From the NCBI GenBank assembly GCA_030390025.1, contig CM059426.1, positions 121,024,001 through 121,088,000 on the forward strand: 64,000 nucleotides of DNA, given 5' to 3'. Positions within the stretch are counted from its first letter, which is position 1. The number at the start of each line of letters is the position of its first letter. The DNA is from Squalus acanthias (lineage: Eukaryota). Positions 1-13,519 of this stretch are shown one piece after another. The position numbers and the translations under genes are program-made. Under the pieces are notes generated by a model. That model searched no databases. It was not told the origin of the DNA and saw nothing but the letters and a program-made list of their open reading frames with translations.

Positions 1-76
1 GCAGTATCTAAAAAAGTGTCTATGACACTCCTCAAGCTATCAATCAATCGCATTTCTCTGAGTGCAGTAGATACAC

Positions 77-553
77 ATAAGAACTAGGAGCAGGACTAGG
101 ACATACAGCCTCTCGAGCCTGCTCTGCCATTCAATAAGGTCATGGCTGATCTTCAGCTTCAACTCCAGTTTCCCACCCGATCTCCATATCCTTTGATTCC
201 TCTAGAGTCCAAAAATCTATCTATCTCAGCTTTGAATATACTCAGCGATTCAGCATCCACAGCCCTTTGTGGTAGAGAATTGCAAATATTCCAAACAACC
301 CTCTGAGTGAAGAAATTCCTCCTCATCTCAGTCTTAAATGGCCGACCCCTTATCCTGGGATTATGCCCCCTAGTTCTAGACTCTCCAGCCAGGGGAAACA
401 ACCTCCTCTCAGCATCTACCCTGTCAATCCCCCTCAGAATCTTGTATGTTTCAATGAGATCACCTCTCATTCTTCTAAACTCCAGAGAGTACAGGCCCAA
501 TCTACTCAAACTCTCCTCATTAGGACAACCCTCTCATCCCAGGAATCAATCGG
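77..553 (-). mobile_element. CR1 LINE 3' fragment
   Basis: RLGLYSLEFRRMRGDLIETYKIL...MRRNFFTQRVV, CR1 3'UTR and ttcttatg tail. Confidence 0.9.
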
Positions 554-556
554 GTT

Positions 557-692
557 ATACAAAAGCAAAATACTGTGGATGCTGGAAATCTGAAATACAA
601 ACAAAAATTGCTGGAAATACTCAGCAGGTCAGGCAGCATCTGTGGAGAAAGAAGCAGAGTTAACGTTTCAGGTCGGTGAGCTTTCGTCAGAG
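557..692 (-). mobile_element. Short Penelope-associated terminal-repeat element with a hammerhead motif
   Basis: Reverse complement reads CTGACGA...GACCTGAAACGTTAACTCTG...gatttccagcatccacagtattttgcttttgtat, the same as the end of the Penelope copy at 54755-54894. Confidence 0.8.
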
Positions 693-1596
693 CCACAATT
701 ATGCTCAACTACACTAAATTACTTTTCCCAGAAAGAGCAAATTCAGAATGACCTATAACCTTTGTTAAAAATGTATATATATTTTACAAAATAAGTAATA
801 TGTTCAGCAGAGCGGTGGCAGTTAACAACAGGGTTCAGGGAAGGAAGAGGACAAAAAAAATTCAACAGGCCACTGTAGCTCACCCAGTGACTGTTTACAA
901 AGTGCCATTAATACTGGGACAGGTCACCAGTTCATCTCCTCAGGTGTGGAAGGATCTCAGAAGAAGCAGAAAATAACATCACAAAATGGGAGGGAGGAAT
1001 TTTCTTTAAAAAATAAATAATACTGGAGATATTAGTAATTGGAAGAAGAATGCTACTGAAATACAGAAAAAAGGGATACTGATTACCAGCAAGCAAAATA
1101 TTTCCAAAAAAATTGTTTTTTTTATTACACGCTAGGTGGCATACTATCAAAGTACATCTGAACGAAGAACAGATGCCCATCAAAATCGCTGTGCTTCACC
1201 GTCAGTTGAATACCATGACGAGCTATTTGGATTTTATACCTCAAAAATCATTCAGAAAAGTCAGCTGTCTTTACCAGATCACTTTTGCCAGTAACTGACG
1301 TAGGTAGAAGATAGTCCGACAGAGAATAATGTAGTTAATCACCAAAATTTCAGTGCACAACCCAACAAAATGCATTTGACAAATTTCAGTGGAAACACTC
1401 ACAGAATGCCTTTAATTTAAAAAAAATCAAAGGGGAATTGAGGACAAGGAATGCTCAATTTTTAGCAATCTACTTTTTTAATAAAAGAGATAGGGTTGGA
1501 CAAGTGTAAATTACGAACCAGTCAAAGAAATAACAGAAATAAATTCAAGAGATTAGTCTGAAAAGTTCACCCTCTTCCCCTGCCCCACACACACAA

Positions 1597-1813
1597 ATGT
1601 GAATCTTTGGAATTCACTACCCCAGGGTGCTGTAGATGCTCAGTCGATGAGTATATTCAAGACTGAAATCAATACATTTTTGGACACTAAGGCAATCAAA
1701 GGATATGGGGATAGGGCAGGAAAGTGGAGTCGATGTACAAGTTCAGCCATGATCTTATTGAATGGCGGAGCAGGCTCGATGGGCCTCCTCCTGCTCCTAT
1801 TTCTTAAGTTCTT
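1597..1813 (+). mobile_element. CR1 LINE 3' end
   Basis: VNLWNSLPQ...FKTEI..FLD.K.IKGYG plus CR1 3'UTR and tail. Confidence 0.85.
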
Positions 1814-2934
1814 AAAACAGCTCAGAGAGCAGGTGAAAAATTACAGGTGTAGCAGAATCACAGCGTTCCTACAATGATTGAGAGCAGGCTAAACATTACA
1901 GGTACTGAAGTGGTTATTGAGGCAGTTTCGCAACTTCCATTTTTATTTAAAAAAAACTGCTTTGTACAAGTCATTCAGGGGCTTATGCTGGGCTTTGAAA
2001 GAGACGGTTACGTGCCTTCAAACTAAGCTTCTGACATTAATGGGGGCATAAAGACAGGTTCAAACTGAAAGCTGTAGAATATAACAATCAATTCTGGGAA
2101 GCTTGTTATCTGGGAGTCTGTGTGAAGTGTATAATGAGGAGCAATAAGGAACTTTTATTGAGCTGCTTCATGGTGCTGGATGTTAGGGGAAATCGGCATC
2201 TCCACACTTAGAATCACCAGAAAACACATAAAAGGACTAATGTTAAGAAGTGAATGGATGGGCAGATAAGGCTAGAGATAGCAATTTTGGATAACACTGG
2301 TATACAGTGCAGAGACGAAAAGACAGGCATCTGTGACTCAACTGTTTAATGGATAGGGATAGGGCATTTTGCACTAAAGCTAAAACTCTAATAAGGGGAA
2401 AAGGCAGGGAAACTACTGTGAGGCTACTTATCAAATCTGAACAATCCCATTTGAAAAGTTTGGAGAAACTGATCTTGAGATCTGGGAGGTCATTGAGCAA
2501 TTCGTTTCAGTGAGAGATAGGTTTCCTGCTTATTTATATAGTTCCTGGTCACATTTTTTCCCTTATTTTTTGTTTTCCACCAATTGTCTCCTGAAAATGA
2601 GCCACATTGGCATGGCCACATTTATTTCCCTGAGTGGATCTTTTTACAACTGAGTTGATTACTAGACCACATCAGAGGGCATTACAAATCAACTATAGTG
2701 TAGGGCTGGATAAAGGTAACAAACGCCCTTCTCTGAAGACTATTAATGACCTAGTTGGGTTTTTGCAATCCATCCACTTTCAGGATCATTTTTCTGGTGC
2801 AGGCCAATAAACTCAGATTTAGTGAATTCAGTTCCACAACTTGCCATGGTGGGATTGGCAAATCCAATACTATAACCACTAGATTACCGTACCACCCAGA
2901 CTGTTTATGTCCCTCCAGTCCAAAAAAAAATTAG

Positions 2935-3355
2935 CCGATTCTCTCTTTCACTTTACAACCTTCTGAACTCAAAATTAAGTTTAATAACTTCAGATCATAA
3001 CCACTGCTCCCATTTTTTCCATACAGAGGGTGCTGGTAATGGTTCTGCTGTTGCCATTTACAGCTCCTCTCAACCCATCTTCTGTTTCTTTGCTTATCCC
3101 ATTGCCACCCCTTTTTGCCTTGCACCATCATCCCTTCTGTCATTTAATCACTCCTGCTTTCCATCCAATCACAGACCTTCCCTTTTGTTCATTCCTCCCC
3201 CTCCTTTCCCTGCCCCTACACTTGCTTAAAAACTGTTATATTGCCAACTTTTTCCAGTTCTAATGAAAGGTCATCGACCTGAAATGTTAACTCTGTTTCT
3301 CTCTCCACAGATGCTGCCCGACCTGCTAGTACTTCCAGCATTTTTTGTTTTTTAG
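2935..3355 (+). mobile_element. Penelope-like element 3' terminal region with a decayed hammerhead
   Basis: Homologous to 54400-54860; hammerhead core degraded to CTAATGA...GAAATGTT. Confidence 0.7.
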
Positions 3356-4994
3356 CTAACATTTCCATGCTGCCATATTCCTTTTAATACCAGGTGCTGT
3401 AATTTAATTAAAAGCTTCCTTTAAGCACGTTCTCAAATGCCTTTTGAAAATGCATATCATCCACTACTCTGCCTGTATCAATACACTGCATTACTTCTTC
3501 AAAGAACTCAATTAAATTTGTCTTTTACAAATCCATGCTGGCTGTCCCTAATTAACCAACATCTTTCCAAGTGAGTATTAATTTTATCCCGCATTATGGT
3601 CTCCACAAGTTTGCTCACTACCGGTGTTAGGCTGACTGGTTATGAAGAGAGTAGACGTAATGATGATGATTACCAGATTCAACTATTTTAATGGAATGAT
3701 TTTCCCCCACCTCACCTAGTTATTTATTCACAAAATGTATCAAAACAATTATCGCTAAGAAAAAAAATCTGTAAGAAATACAAGTACAGACTAACAAAAT
3801 TGATGGAGAGGGGAAATAAGGAGGCTTGGGGCTCCGACTTAATTACAAATTCCATGTTGGTGGGAGAGAAAGATAGGATGTTCTCACAGATCATAGCTGG
3901 AAAGACGATTAAATCTGAAAAATTAGATCAGATTATTTCCAAGATTATGTACACTTGGAGATGGCCCAAAAGCTATTATCAAGTGATTAACCTTCAACGA
4001 AAGCTACTTTTACCTAGATGGAATGCGGTTAACTGTGGTTGTCTTACGAATGACAGCACCACTGAACATAAACAAACTGACCTCTGGAGGGCCAATGACA
4101 ACACACACCCAAGATTTTCGTGGATCTTGCAATCTGCCAACAGGTGCAGCCCCACCTTGGGTCTGCTGAATACATCAACGTAATTGCGTTGGACTTGACA
4201 CACAAAGCAGCATAACATAGCATGCTGACACACCAGTTCAGCGTGCATTCCTCTCTCTTCATGCACGAGCCCAGACCTGAAGTTCCAACAGGCTAGTCCA
4301 TCACCATGCGAAGGAGGGGGTTCAATCACATCCAAGCCTGATCCTATTCTCATCGAAAGACTACACACGTGTATTTTGAGCAGGAGTCACTGGTTAGCAA
4401 TCTGGAGTGGACCAATGGCAGATTATTCCCTCCCTGATTGTGGGCTATTCAGGCCAACTGTAGCGAACCTACTGCTGACTCAGCTGAAATTAGCACAAAC
4501 TAAAATCAAAGCTTGGACCAGGGACTGAATAAGTTGGGAGGAAAAAGGGAAAAAAGGATCTATTATAGGACAAAATCATACATGGCCCATTAGCAGTTTT
4601 TTATTTCTTGTTTCATACTATGTCAACGTTTAATACATACAGTATAGTGGGGGATGTGATTGGGGAATATGCAAATTTAAGTTACCATATGCTCTGATAA
4701 GCATATTCACAAAAAATTGTTTTGGCTTTCCCATACAGAAGCCATTTCCTCACCAAGAAGATGGATCTGCACCCAGGCTTCTGCTAATACTGCTCTGTCA
4801 CTGGTCACTGAGGTGGTGTGCTGCTAATTTTCCCTGCATGGCTGTCGAGAAATGCCTAACTGATGCTCCTGTGTTAGCCAAACTTAACCATCATCTTCCT
4901 CAGTATTTATGCACGATTGTTTAATTAAGCAATGAATACCTGTATAGTCAAATGTTATGCTTGATTCAGCCAGAAGTGCCAAGTAGATGATCCA

Positions 4995-5902
4995 TATCAG
5001 CCTCCTGAGGTCCCCACCATCACAGAAGCCAGTCTTCAGCTAATTCGATTCACTTCACATGATATCAAGAAACGGCTGAGCGCACTGGATACAGCAAAGG
5101 CTGCTAAGTGGCAAATAACATTCGCGCCACACAAGTGCCAGGCAATGACTATCTTCAACAAGCGAGAGTCTAACCACCTCCCCTTGACATTCAACAGCAT
5201 TACCATTGCCGAATCCCCCACCATCAACATCCTGGGGGTCACCATTGACCAGAAATTTAACTGGACCAGCCACATAAATACTGTGGCAACAAGAGCAGGT
5301 CAGAGGCTGGGTATTCTGCAACGAGTGTCTCACCTCCTGACTCCCCAAAGCCTTTCCACCATCTACAAGGCACAAGTCAGTAATGTGATGGAATACTCTC
5401 CACTTGCCTGGATGAGTGCAGCTCCAACAACACTCAAGAAGCTCGACACCATCCAGGACAAAGCAGCCCGCTTGATTATCACCCCATCCACCACCTTAAA
5501 CATTCACTCCCTCCACCACTGGCGTACCGTGGCTGCAGTGTGTACCATCTACAAGATGCACTGCAGCAATTCACCAAGGATTCTTCGGCAGCACCTCCCA
5601 AACCCGCGACCTCTACCACCTAGAAGGACAAGAGCAGCAGGCGCATGGGAACACCATCACCTGCACATTCTCCTCCAAGTTACACACCATCCTGACTTGG
5701 AAATATATCGTCATTCCTTCATCGTTGCTGGGTCAAAATCCTGGAACTGCTTCCCTAACAGCACTGTGGGAGTACCTTCACTACAAGGATTGCAGTGGTT
5801 CAAGAAGGCAGCTCACCACCATCTTCTCAAGGGCAATTAGGGATGGGCAATAAATGCTGGCCCTGCCAGTGACGCCCACATCCCAGGAACGAATAAAAAA
5901 AA
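4995..5902 (+). mobile_element. Non-LTR retrotransposon (CR1/L2 group) ORF2 C-terminus and 3' tail; further tail fragments at ~7935-8076 (-) and ~42205-42326 (+)
   Basis: ORF 5145-5840 ILGVTIDQK.NW..HI...YKAQV...MEY..W; tail aatgctggcc...cccacatccc..gaataaaaaa. Confidence 0.85.
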
Positions 5903-7234
5903 CTATATAAAATTTACAATAAAGGTAAGCCAATTTGTAAGTTTTTGTAAATCCACCTCTTTACAGCATTCAATTTTTTTAAATTCCCTGTTTCTGATTC
6001 TCGGTGAAATCTGGCAGCTGTGAGGCACATGTATTTTTGGTTAGACATGGGCGAGTTGTAGCCAATTCGTTGAGACAAGCGGAGAAAATGACTGCACTCA
6101 GCTGCTACTGTGGTCATCGGAACAAGCTCTAGCATGCCAACAATTACAAACTAAGCAACTTGGAACGATTTATGCTTGAATCAGGAATTCTGCCCAGCTG
6201 CAGAAATTGGGAGCAGTTTGGTACATCAGAATTCTTGGTTTCTAGATGCTAGATTTTGAATCCCCAAATGTTTTTTTTCCAGAATTAATTGCAACTTGGT
6301 ATCACAGCAATGACAGCAACTCTCCTCCCTCCCTCAAAACAGTGATCACAGGACGTAAGCACAATACTAGCAAGTCTCAAAAACTAAAGGTTAAAAGTTC
6401 CACAAGTTTCTTCTATTTCTCCCCAAAATGAGTAGACATTCAGAATGCACTCATCAGTGCACCTTTAGCTGAAAACTTAGAAGAAAACTATTTGTTGCAG
6501 CGGATGATGCAATTCTGCCAAGAGTTATCAGCAGGTCACCAAGTTGCAATAAAAAGGCAACAAGGATGAGGACATTGGGACAGCTCTGCTCTTCTTTGAG
6601 AAATGCCGTGAGATCAACATCCACCTGAAAACAGATCTAGCTTTGGTTTAACATCTCATATGAAGAATGGCACCTCTGATCGTGCTACTGAGAGTACTGC
6701 ACTCAAGTGTGAGTCTAAATTGTGCGCTCAACTCCTGGAGTGGAATTCAAACCCATAATCTTCTGACTCACAAGTAAAAGTGCTACCAATAGAGCCAAGC
6801 AGAGGCAAGGCTACCATAAAAGCTGCAACTGATCTTTCTCCTAATTGATCAATAAAGAATCAGACCCACACTAACTGAACTCCCATACATATCTAACATT
6901 GGAGCAATAGTATTAAAAAGAACATCGGCTACCCCAGTAACAAGTGGGTAAGGGTATTAACCAGGTCATAAAGATTAGAAGGTCCCGGGGTTGATTTCCA
7001 TTCTGTACTGTGTATCTGATCTCAGCTGGGACAGTGTCCCTGAGCTAGTGACAGGGTGGGAGAAAACATCAGCCAAGATTCTCACTCCTGCTGGAAAGTA
7101 CATGTGTGAATATTGGACGAGGACAGGATTGGACCTAGCTGCGATGTACGCAAATGTAACTGTGGTTCACACAGGAAGAATGAGACACACTTCGGAAGGT
7201 GCTAAAACTTGACATGAAGTGAACAGAAAACAAC

Positions 7235-7686
7235 TAAGAAAGAAAGAAAGACTTGCATTTATACAGCGCCTTTCACGACTCCAGGACATCCTAAAGCGCT
7301 TTACAGCCATTGGCGTACTTTTGTAGTGGAGTCACTGTTGTAATGTGGGAAACGCAGCAGCCAATTTGCGCACAGCAAGCTCCCACAAACAGCAATGTGA
7401 CCAGATAATCTGTTTTAGTGATGTTAGTTGAGGGATAAATATTGGCCAGGACACCGGGGATAACTCCCCTGCTCTTCTTTGAAATAGTGCCATGGGATCT
7501 TTTATGTCCACCTGAGAACTCAGTTTAACATCTCATCCCAAAGACAGCACCTCCAACAGTGCAGCATTCCCTCAGTACTGCACTTGAGTGTCAGTCTACA
7601 TTTTGTGCTCAAGTCTCTCGCGTGGGGCTTGAACCTACAACCTTCTGACTGAGGCGAGTGTGCGATCACTGAGCCACAGCTGACAC
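7235..7686 (-). mobile_element. tRNA-derived DeuSINE (SacSINE1/AmnSINE1-like) with an L2-type tail; more copies at ~6565-6800 (-), ~8085-8250 (+), 13215-13497/13968-13999 (-)
   Basis: A box TGGCTCAGTG and B box GGTTCAAGCC at the head; Deu-domain-like core (gtgccatgggatctttt..gtccacctgaga...tttaacatctcatc); tail aatgcaagtctttctttc. Confidence 0.8.
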
Positions 7687-8459
7687 CTAGAGTGCTAAAG
7701 GCCTTGCACGAGTGATATACTGTATTGGGTTCAGAATTAAGATTCACAGTTTCCCTCCCATCTCTCTCGGTGCAAACAGCAGATTTTAAGCATTAATGGG
7801 TTCTTAAAGTAGTTTTCATTGAATTACAGGATGCACTGTGCACTCCGCTCCATCTTGAGAAAAGTTCTTCTGTTCATCCATCAAATTATCACATCTTTAT
7901 ATGTCTGAGAGTATGGAAGAGAGGGAGATACATATTTTTTTATATTTGTTCCTGGGATGTGGGCGTCACTGGCAAGGCCAGCATTTATTGCCCATCCCTA
8001 ATTGCCCGAAGAGGTGGCGGTGAGCCGCCTTCTTGAACCGCTGCAGTCCTTGTGGTGAAAGTATTCCCCACAGTGCCCTACTCCAGGATTTGAGCACAAA
8101 ACCTAGACTGGCACTTCAGTGCATTGTCAGAGGTGCAGTCTTTTGGATGAGGGATTAAACCAAGTCTCCAACTGCCTGTTCAGCTGAACATAAATAGCAC
8201 TATGTGGAAAACAGGGGAGATCTGACCAACATTCATCCCTGAACCAAGGAAAGGGAAGTGATCCAGAACAGTATTCACTTACAAACCCCTAGATCATGCA
8301 AAGATAGAACAGATTAGAGACAGACAGGATAGACAGAAACAGATAGACCCCTCAGTATTGGGGACAGGTTGTATACAGTGAGTAACCCACTGATGATACA
8401 ACATTTATACAGTGTACGTCAACGTAAAACAAAATGAAACATTGAAACCAGGACACAGA

Positions 8460-9010
8460 CTGGGGGGTGCCGAGGAGCAAAGATTACAGGTCACGGAAAG
8501 TTGGATCCGGTGCAAAGAAGCGGAGAAATGAGGAAGTTTCAGGGCCGGACTCCAGGAAACACCGAGCCGGGTCGGTGCGGCAGCAAAAACAAAATAAAAC
8601 AAATTACAGCAGATTCCGTGCAGCGCAGCCGCCGCACCAGGCGGCCCGGCCGGCCCAGCCCGGCCAGCTGCAGCTTCCCCTCGCTCAGCTGGGAGCCACT
8701 GAACCGGCTGCCGAGGCCCAGAGCTGAGCACAAGAGGCTCCGACACGGCGGCCCCAAACTCCCGGCCCCCCCCGCTCACCTCTGGCTCCAGTCCGCCGGT
8801 CTCCGCGCTGCGGCCCCGCCTGTCGCTCCCGGGCCGGCCCCACTCCCACTGCCGCCGCCGCCGCCGCCGGTCCCACAAGTCCACGTCTCCACCAACGTGG
8901 CAGCCAAAGCAGATTGGACCGACACAGCAACACTTCCGCTTCCTCGGCTCGCAGAGTCCGCCCAGCCTCACACAGCAGACAGACTGACTGACAGGCGGGG
9001 GCAAGCTTCA
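8460..9010. promoter_or_regulatory. CpG-island promoter of an unidentified gene
   Basis: CpG-dense island with tandem ETS/GABP site ACTTCCGCTTCC (8932-8943), CCAAT (8913-8917, minus), GC box (8958-8963) and TGACTGACAG (8985-8994). Confidence 0.75.
8780..8900 (-). other. Putative non-coding first exon of a minus-strand gene running leftward
   Basis: Consensus donor GAG|GTGAGC at 8780/8779; (GGC)6 tract at 8851-8868; no ATG; directly downstream of the promoter motifs. The 5' end is approximate. Confidence 0.55.
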
Positions 9011-9614
9011 GCTTCAGCTTCAGCAGAGTCAGCACTGCAGCCCCACCCACAAAACAAGCAATGCAATGGGCACAAACAACTGCAACTCAGTAATCCCGCC
9101 GTCACACTGCGCTACCAATAAGTGATAGATTTCCCATCGCGTACACTCCCAACAATTCTGATCAAATGGTTACATTTCAACAAATGCACATAAGGGATAC
9201 AGCAATGTCCAGAAAAGATGTCCTTGGGCAACATGAAATGTTTTCTTCCATTTTCCCCTTGCAGGTTTCCCCTGGTATTTTGCACCTGCTTTCTGAAATG
9301 ATGAATATATATCGAGGCGTAGCTCATGGGTTCCTGGCATGAACATTGTGGCCTGACTTAAATTGTAGTAACTCTTGTCAGGCTGCTCAGTCATAATCTT
9401 GTACAGGAGCGAAGGCCCAGGCCACATTTATTGTTGTTGGAGAGTGTTGGTGTTTTCAATGGAGCAAGTAATTCTCGGTCCAGCCCACTGGGCCGTAAAA
9501 ATAAACTGGGAGTCTCACTTCCTGACAACATTTGGGTTTATCCGCATTGAATAAACCAACTAAACCATTAAGTAGGGAACAGTCTTATTACTGCTAGTTT
9601 GTGGCAGTTCCTAT

Positions 9615-9800
9615 TTGTGGAGGCTCAGTCGTTGAGTATATTTAAGACAGAGATCGATAGATTTTTGGATATTAAGGGAATCAATGGATATGGGGATAGT
9701 GCGGGAAGGTGGAGTTGAGGTAGAAGATCCGCCGTGATCGTATTGAATTGCGGAGCAGGCTTGAGGGGCCATGTGGCCTACTGCTCCTATTTCTTATGAT
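9615..9800 (+). mobile_element. CR1 3' end
   Basis: gtggaggctcagtcgttgagtatattt...ctcctatttcttatg. Confidence 0.8.
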
Positions 9801-10206
9801 ACTGCTGATGAACTCCAAGAGTGCACAGTGCAATGGGAGAGTATTCCTGATTAATCACAAAACCAGAAGCCTCTCCTGGTGTAAAGCATTCATGTCAAGT
9901 ACAACCTCCGCTAGGACTGCCAGACATGCAACTTTGTTTTAGCAGCTACACATTGACCACAATGCTAGAGAGAGAAGATAGAGACCAAGAGTATATTTTC
10001 ATCTCCAGTGCCTGGCCATAAAGCATTACCTGGGCACAGCGCAGAGAGGAAGATTGAAAAAAAATCGTGTTGTTTCTGTTATGGGTGTGCGATCCTCCCG
10101 CCCGATCTTCCTTTCTTGTGCTGCACCCATGTAATGCTTTATACTCGGACATTAAAGACAAAAATCTACCCCATAAGGGTTGTCAGGCCTAAAGCCAAGA
10201 GAAAAA

Positions 10207-10590
10207 GGATCATTGAATATATACAGCACAGGAGGCCATTCGGCCCACCGTGTCTGTGTCAGCTCTTTGAAAGGGTTATCAATTAGTCCCACTCCCCTGT
10301 TCTTTCCCCAGAGCCCTGCTATTTTTACTTTTTAAGTATATATCCAACTCCCTTTTAAAAGTTACTACTGAATCTGCTTCCACCACCTGTTCAAGAAGTG
10401 CATTCCAGATTATAACAACTCGCTACATAAAAAAACTCATCAACTCCAAATCAGTGTACTCTGGTTACCAACTCAGCCACCAGTGGAAACAGTTTCTCCT
10501 TATTTATTCTATCAAAACCCCTCATAACCTCTATTAAATCTCCCCTAAACCTTTTCTGCTCTAAGGAGAACAATCCCAGTTTCTCCAATC
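10207..10590 (-). mobile_element. CR1 3' fragment (degraded)
   Basis: Similar to the 39830-40335 CR1 tail. Confidence 0.75.
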
Positions 10591-10719
10591 ATGTTGGATG
10601 ATTCAAAACCAACACCAGATTATACCAATGACCGCCTTCCTCAAAATAATTTTACAAAGGATTATGAGTTAAGTCTGTAGCTCTAACACAGGTTTCCACA
10701 TTCAGTTAAAAAAATCTGT

Positions 10720-11240
10720 CCTGGGTCCCCTAATGGGTAAAGGCACTGCATGGTGTTCCACCAGAAGATTCAATTTCAGTCTGCGCTGTGTTAGCTTATC
10801 TCAACCAGGGCCCTATAATTGTCCTCAGTGCCCCAAGACCAGAGAGAGGGGAATGAGGGAGAGAATCAGCCAGGATGCTCCTAATTGCTATCCAGTAACT
10901 CCCGCTGGTAAAGTATTTGTGCATGGTGTAGGGAGAAGCCAGAATTGGACTCAATTATTATACCCTCAATAGTCAAAAAGCCAGCTGACACTGAAGGGTT
11001 GCATTTCCATGGGGGCTCTGCCGATGATCCACAGAAACCTCAGAGAAACGGCATAAGCCCCATTTACCCCAAGGATTCCTTGGATCCTCTGTCGAAGTTA
11101 CAGGGGACGATGAGAAGAAACCCTACGGAAATTCAACCCCTCACAGTCTAGGCCATTTGAATGAGGAACTGGATGCATCCAGGTGCTCATGGTATCAATC
11201 TTCAGCAAGTCATGCACCTTCAGGGGAGATGGGGAGGAAA
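10720..11240 (+). mobile_element. Ancient degraded tRNA-type SINE; same family at ~4330-4520 (-), 6975-7150, 11445-11600, 12940-13170, 42330-42640, 43020-43290 (-)
   Basis: Shared motifs gttagc.gatctcagccaggg...aatcagccagg...ctatccagt...ctgctgg...aatagcctg..gacact...cttcagga; family name not recognised. Confidence 0.6.
10995..11140. mobile_element. 146-bp Harbinger-type MITE inserted in a SINE
   Basis: TIRs GGGTTGCATTTCC / GGAAATTCAACCC; 3-bp flanks TGA/TCA; host SINE sequence rejoins across it. Confidence 0.7.
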
Positions 11241-12039
11241 TAGTCAAACTAAAAATGTCCTGGTCTTATTCATTATATTACTATCAAGCACCATCTCTGT
11301 GCTCTGAGTCCAGCCAGTGGTATTGCACATTAGCCTTGCCCTAAATTTCAGCTGAGCACCCTGACTCAATAGGTTTAACCATAATATTCGTACAACTGTT
11401 CAACATTGTATGACAATTATCTATGATGGTTTCTAGGATGAGGCACCCCTGATGGCTTAGCAATTAAATACATAGTGCAGAGCAGAGCTGTACACATTCG
11501 GAAGGCATCTAGTTCAATGTCGGATGTATACTGAAAAAATAATCTCAGCCAGGGTTCCAGTAGCTTCAGTATCCTTGCGGCAAGAAAGAAACACAAAAAT
11601 CCAGTTAATGCCTTGCTTATGTGACTGATTTTCCAATTAATGCAGTTTCATATTTCTTGTTAGACTCAGCCTGTATTTGCATTCATACATGTTTTGAGAA
11701 AAAAATTAAATAACAAGTTTTAATAAAAAAATTATCTATAAGGTTTAATTCTAAGGATTGGGATCAAGGGGTGGTTTTTAGGTTACAACTGGAATCATGG
11801 GTACAAAAAGAAAAAATGATACAGAGGATTATTCAGTTTGATAAACTACTAGTTGGTGATAACTGTACAGTGGAAAATTAACTTTACAAAAATTAAGACA
11901 CTGAATCCGTAAAAGCTGAAATAAAATTATTGGACTCCTCATGTGAATGTATCCCAGTTCCACAAACCTTACGATCTTCATGTCAAAAGGACTATGAGCC
12001 AAGCTCCTCGGATGAATCAGTTGGTAAATTTGCGGTCCA

Positions 12040-12920
12040 ATGTAGAATTACATAGGATATACGGCACAGAAACAGGCTATTCCGTCCAACCAGTCCATGC
12101 CAGCGTTTATGATCCACTCGAGCCTCCTCCTGTCTTTCCTCATCTAAATCTATCAGCATAACCCTCTATTCCCTTCTCCCTCAAATGCTTATCTAGCCTC
12201 CCCTTAAATGCATCTATACTATTCGCTTCAACCACTCCCTGTGGTAGCGAGTTCCACATTCTCAGCACTCTCTGGGTAAAGAAGTTTCTTCTGAATTCCC
12301 TATTTGATTTCTTGGTGACTATCTTATATTGATGGCCTCTAGTTATGCTCTTCCCCACAAGTGGAAACACTCTCTCTGTATCTACTCTATCAAAACCTTT
12401 CATCATTTTAAAGACCTTTATTAGGTCACCCCTCAGCCTTCTCTTTACAAGATAAAAGAGACCCAGCCTGTTCATCCTTTCCTGATAGGTATAACCTCGC
12501 ATTTCTGGTATCATCCTTGTAAATCTTCTCTGCACCCTCTCCAGTGCCTCTATATCCTTTTTATAATATGGCGACCAGAATTGTACACAGTACTCCAAGT
12601 GTGGTCTAACCAAGGTTCGATACAAGTTTAGCATAACTTCTCTGCTTTTCAATTCTATCCCTTCGGAGATAAACCCTCGTGCTTGGTTTGCTTTTTTTAT
12701 GGCCTTATTAACCTATGTCACTACTTTTAGTGATTTGTGTATTTGTACTCCGAGATCCCTTTGCTCTTCTACCCCATTTAGATTCTTATTTTCCAAGTAA
12801 TATGTGGCCTCCTTATTTTTCTTACCAAAATGTAATACCTCACATTTAACTGTGTTGAAATTCATTTGCCAATTATATGCCCATTCTGCAAGTTTATTAA
12901 TGTCTTCTTGTAATTTCTTG
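12040..12920 (-). mobile_element. CR1 LINE 3' fragment
   Basis: ORF 12140-12652 LYRTLVRPHLEYCVQFWSPY...RGDLI...RNFFTQRV. Confidence 0.9.
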
Positions 12921-13519
12921 GAATAGAGCTATGTGGACGAGAAAGGACAAAGGTTCAATCCTTACTCTGCGCTGGGTCAACTTTTCTTGTGCAGTGCAGC
13001 AGTTGGTTCAGCTGTGATGCCATCCATGATTGAATAGCCTAGCAATACCCATTGTCGGGACTCATACAATCCCACTTGGGCAAAGTGCTGGAGGACAGCT
13101 AGTAGGCATTGAATCGTACCCCTGTATGAATCAACTTCCTCAGGAGAGCAGAGGGAGAAAATTGCGAAGAAAAGAACAAGCTGAACACCTCATTTAGTCG
13201 GAAGCTTGAATTTGTCTTGTTACATTTATATAGCGCCTTTCACAGCCTCAGGATGTCCCAAAGAGCTGTACAGCCATTGAAGTACTTTTTTTTCCAAGAG
13301 TAGTCACTGTTGTAATGTAGGAAGCGCGGCAGCCAATTTGCGCACAGCAAGGTCCCACAAACAGCAATCTGGTAACGACCAGAAAATCTGATTTTATTAG
13401 GTGTTGGTTGAGGGATAAATATTGGCCAGGACACCGGGAGAACTCCCCTGCTCTTCTTCGAAATAGTCTTATGGGATCTTTTATGTCCACCTGAGAGGTC
13501 GGACTGATTGATTGATTTT

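Noticed and set aside
7620-7686. tRNA gene
   Set aside because: The A/B boxes belong to a SINE head; no cloverleaf acceptor stem.
8405-9121. Overlapping 120-206 aa ORFs on both strands
   Set aside because: Low-complexity Pro/Arg/Gly/Ala products expected from a stop-poor CpG island; no recognisable domain.
9170-9427. 85-aa ORF and a strong plus-strand acceptor near 9264 as an exon of a divergent gene
   Set aside because: No recognisable homology and no convincing partner exon; RNA-seq would be needed.
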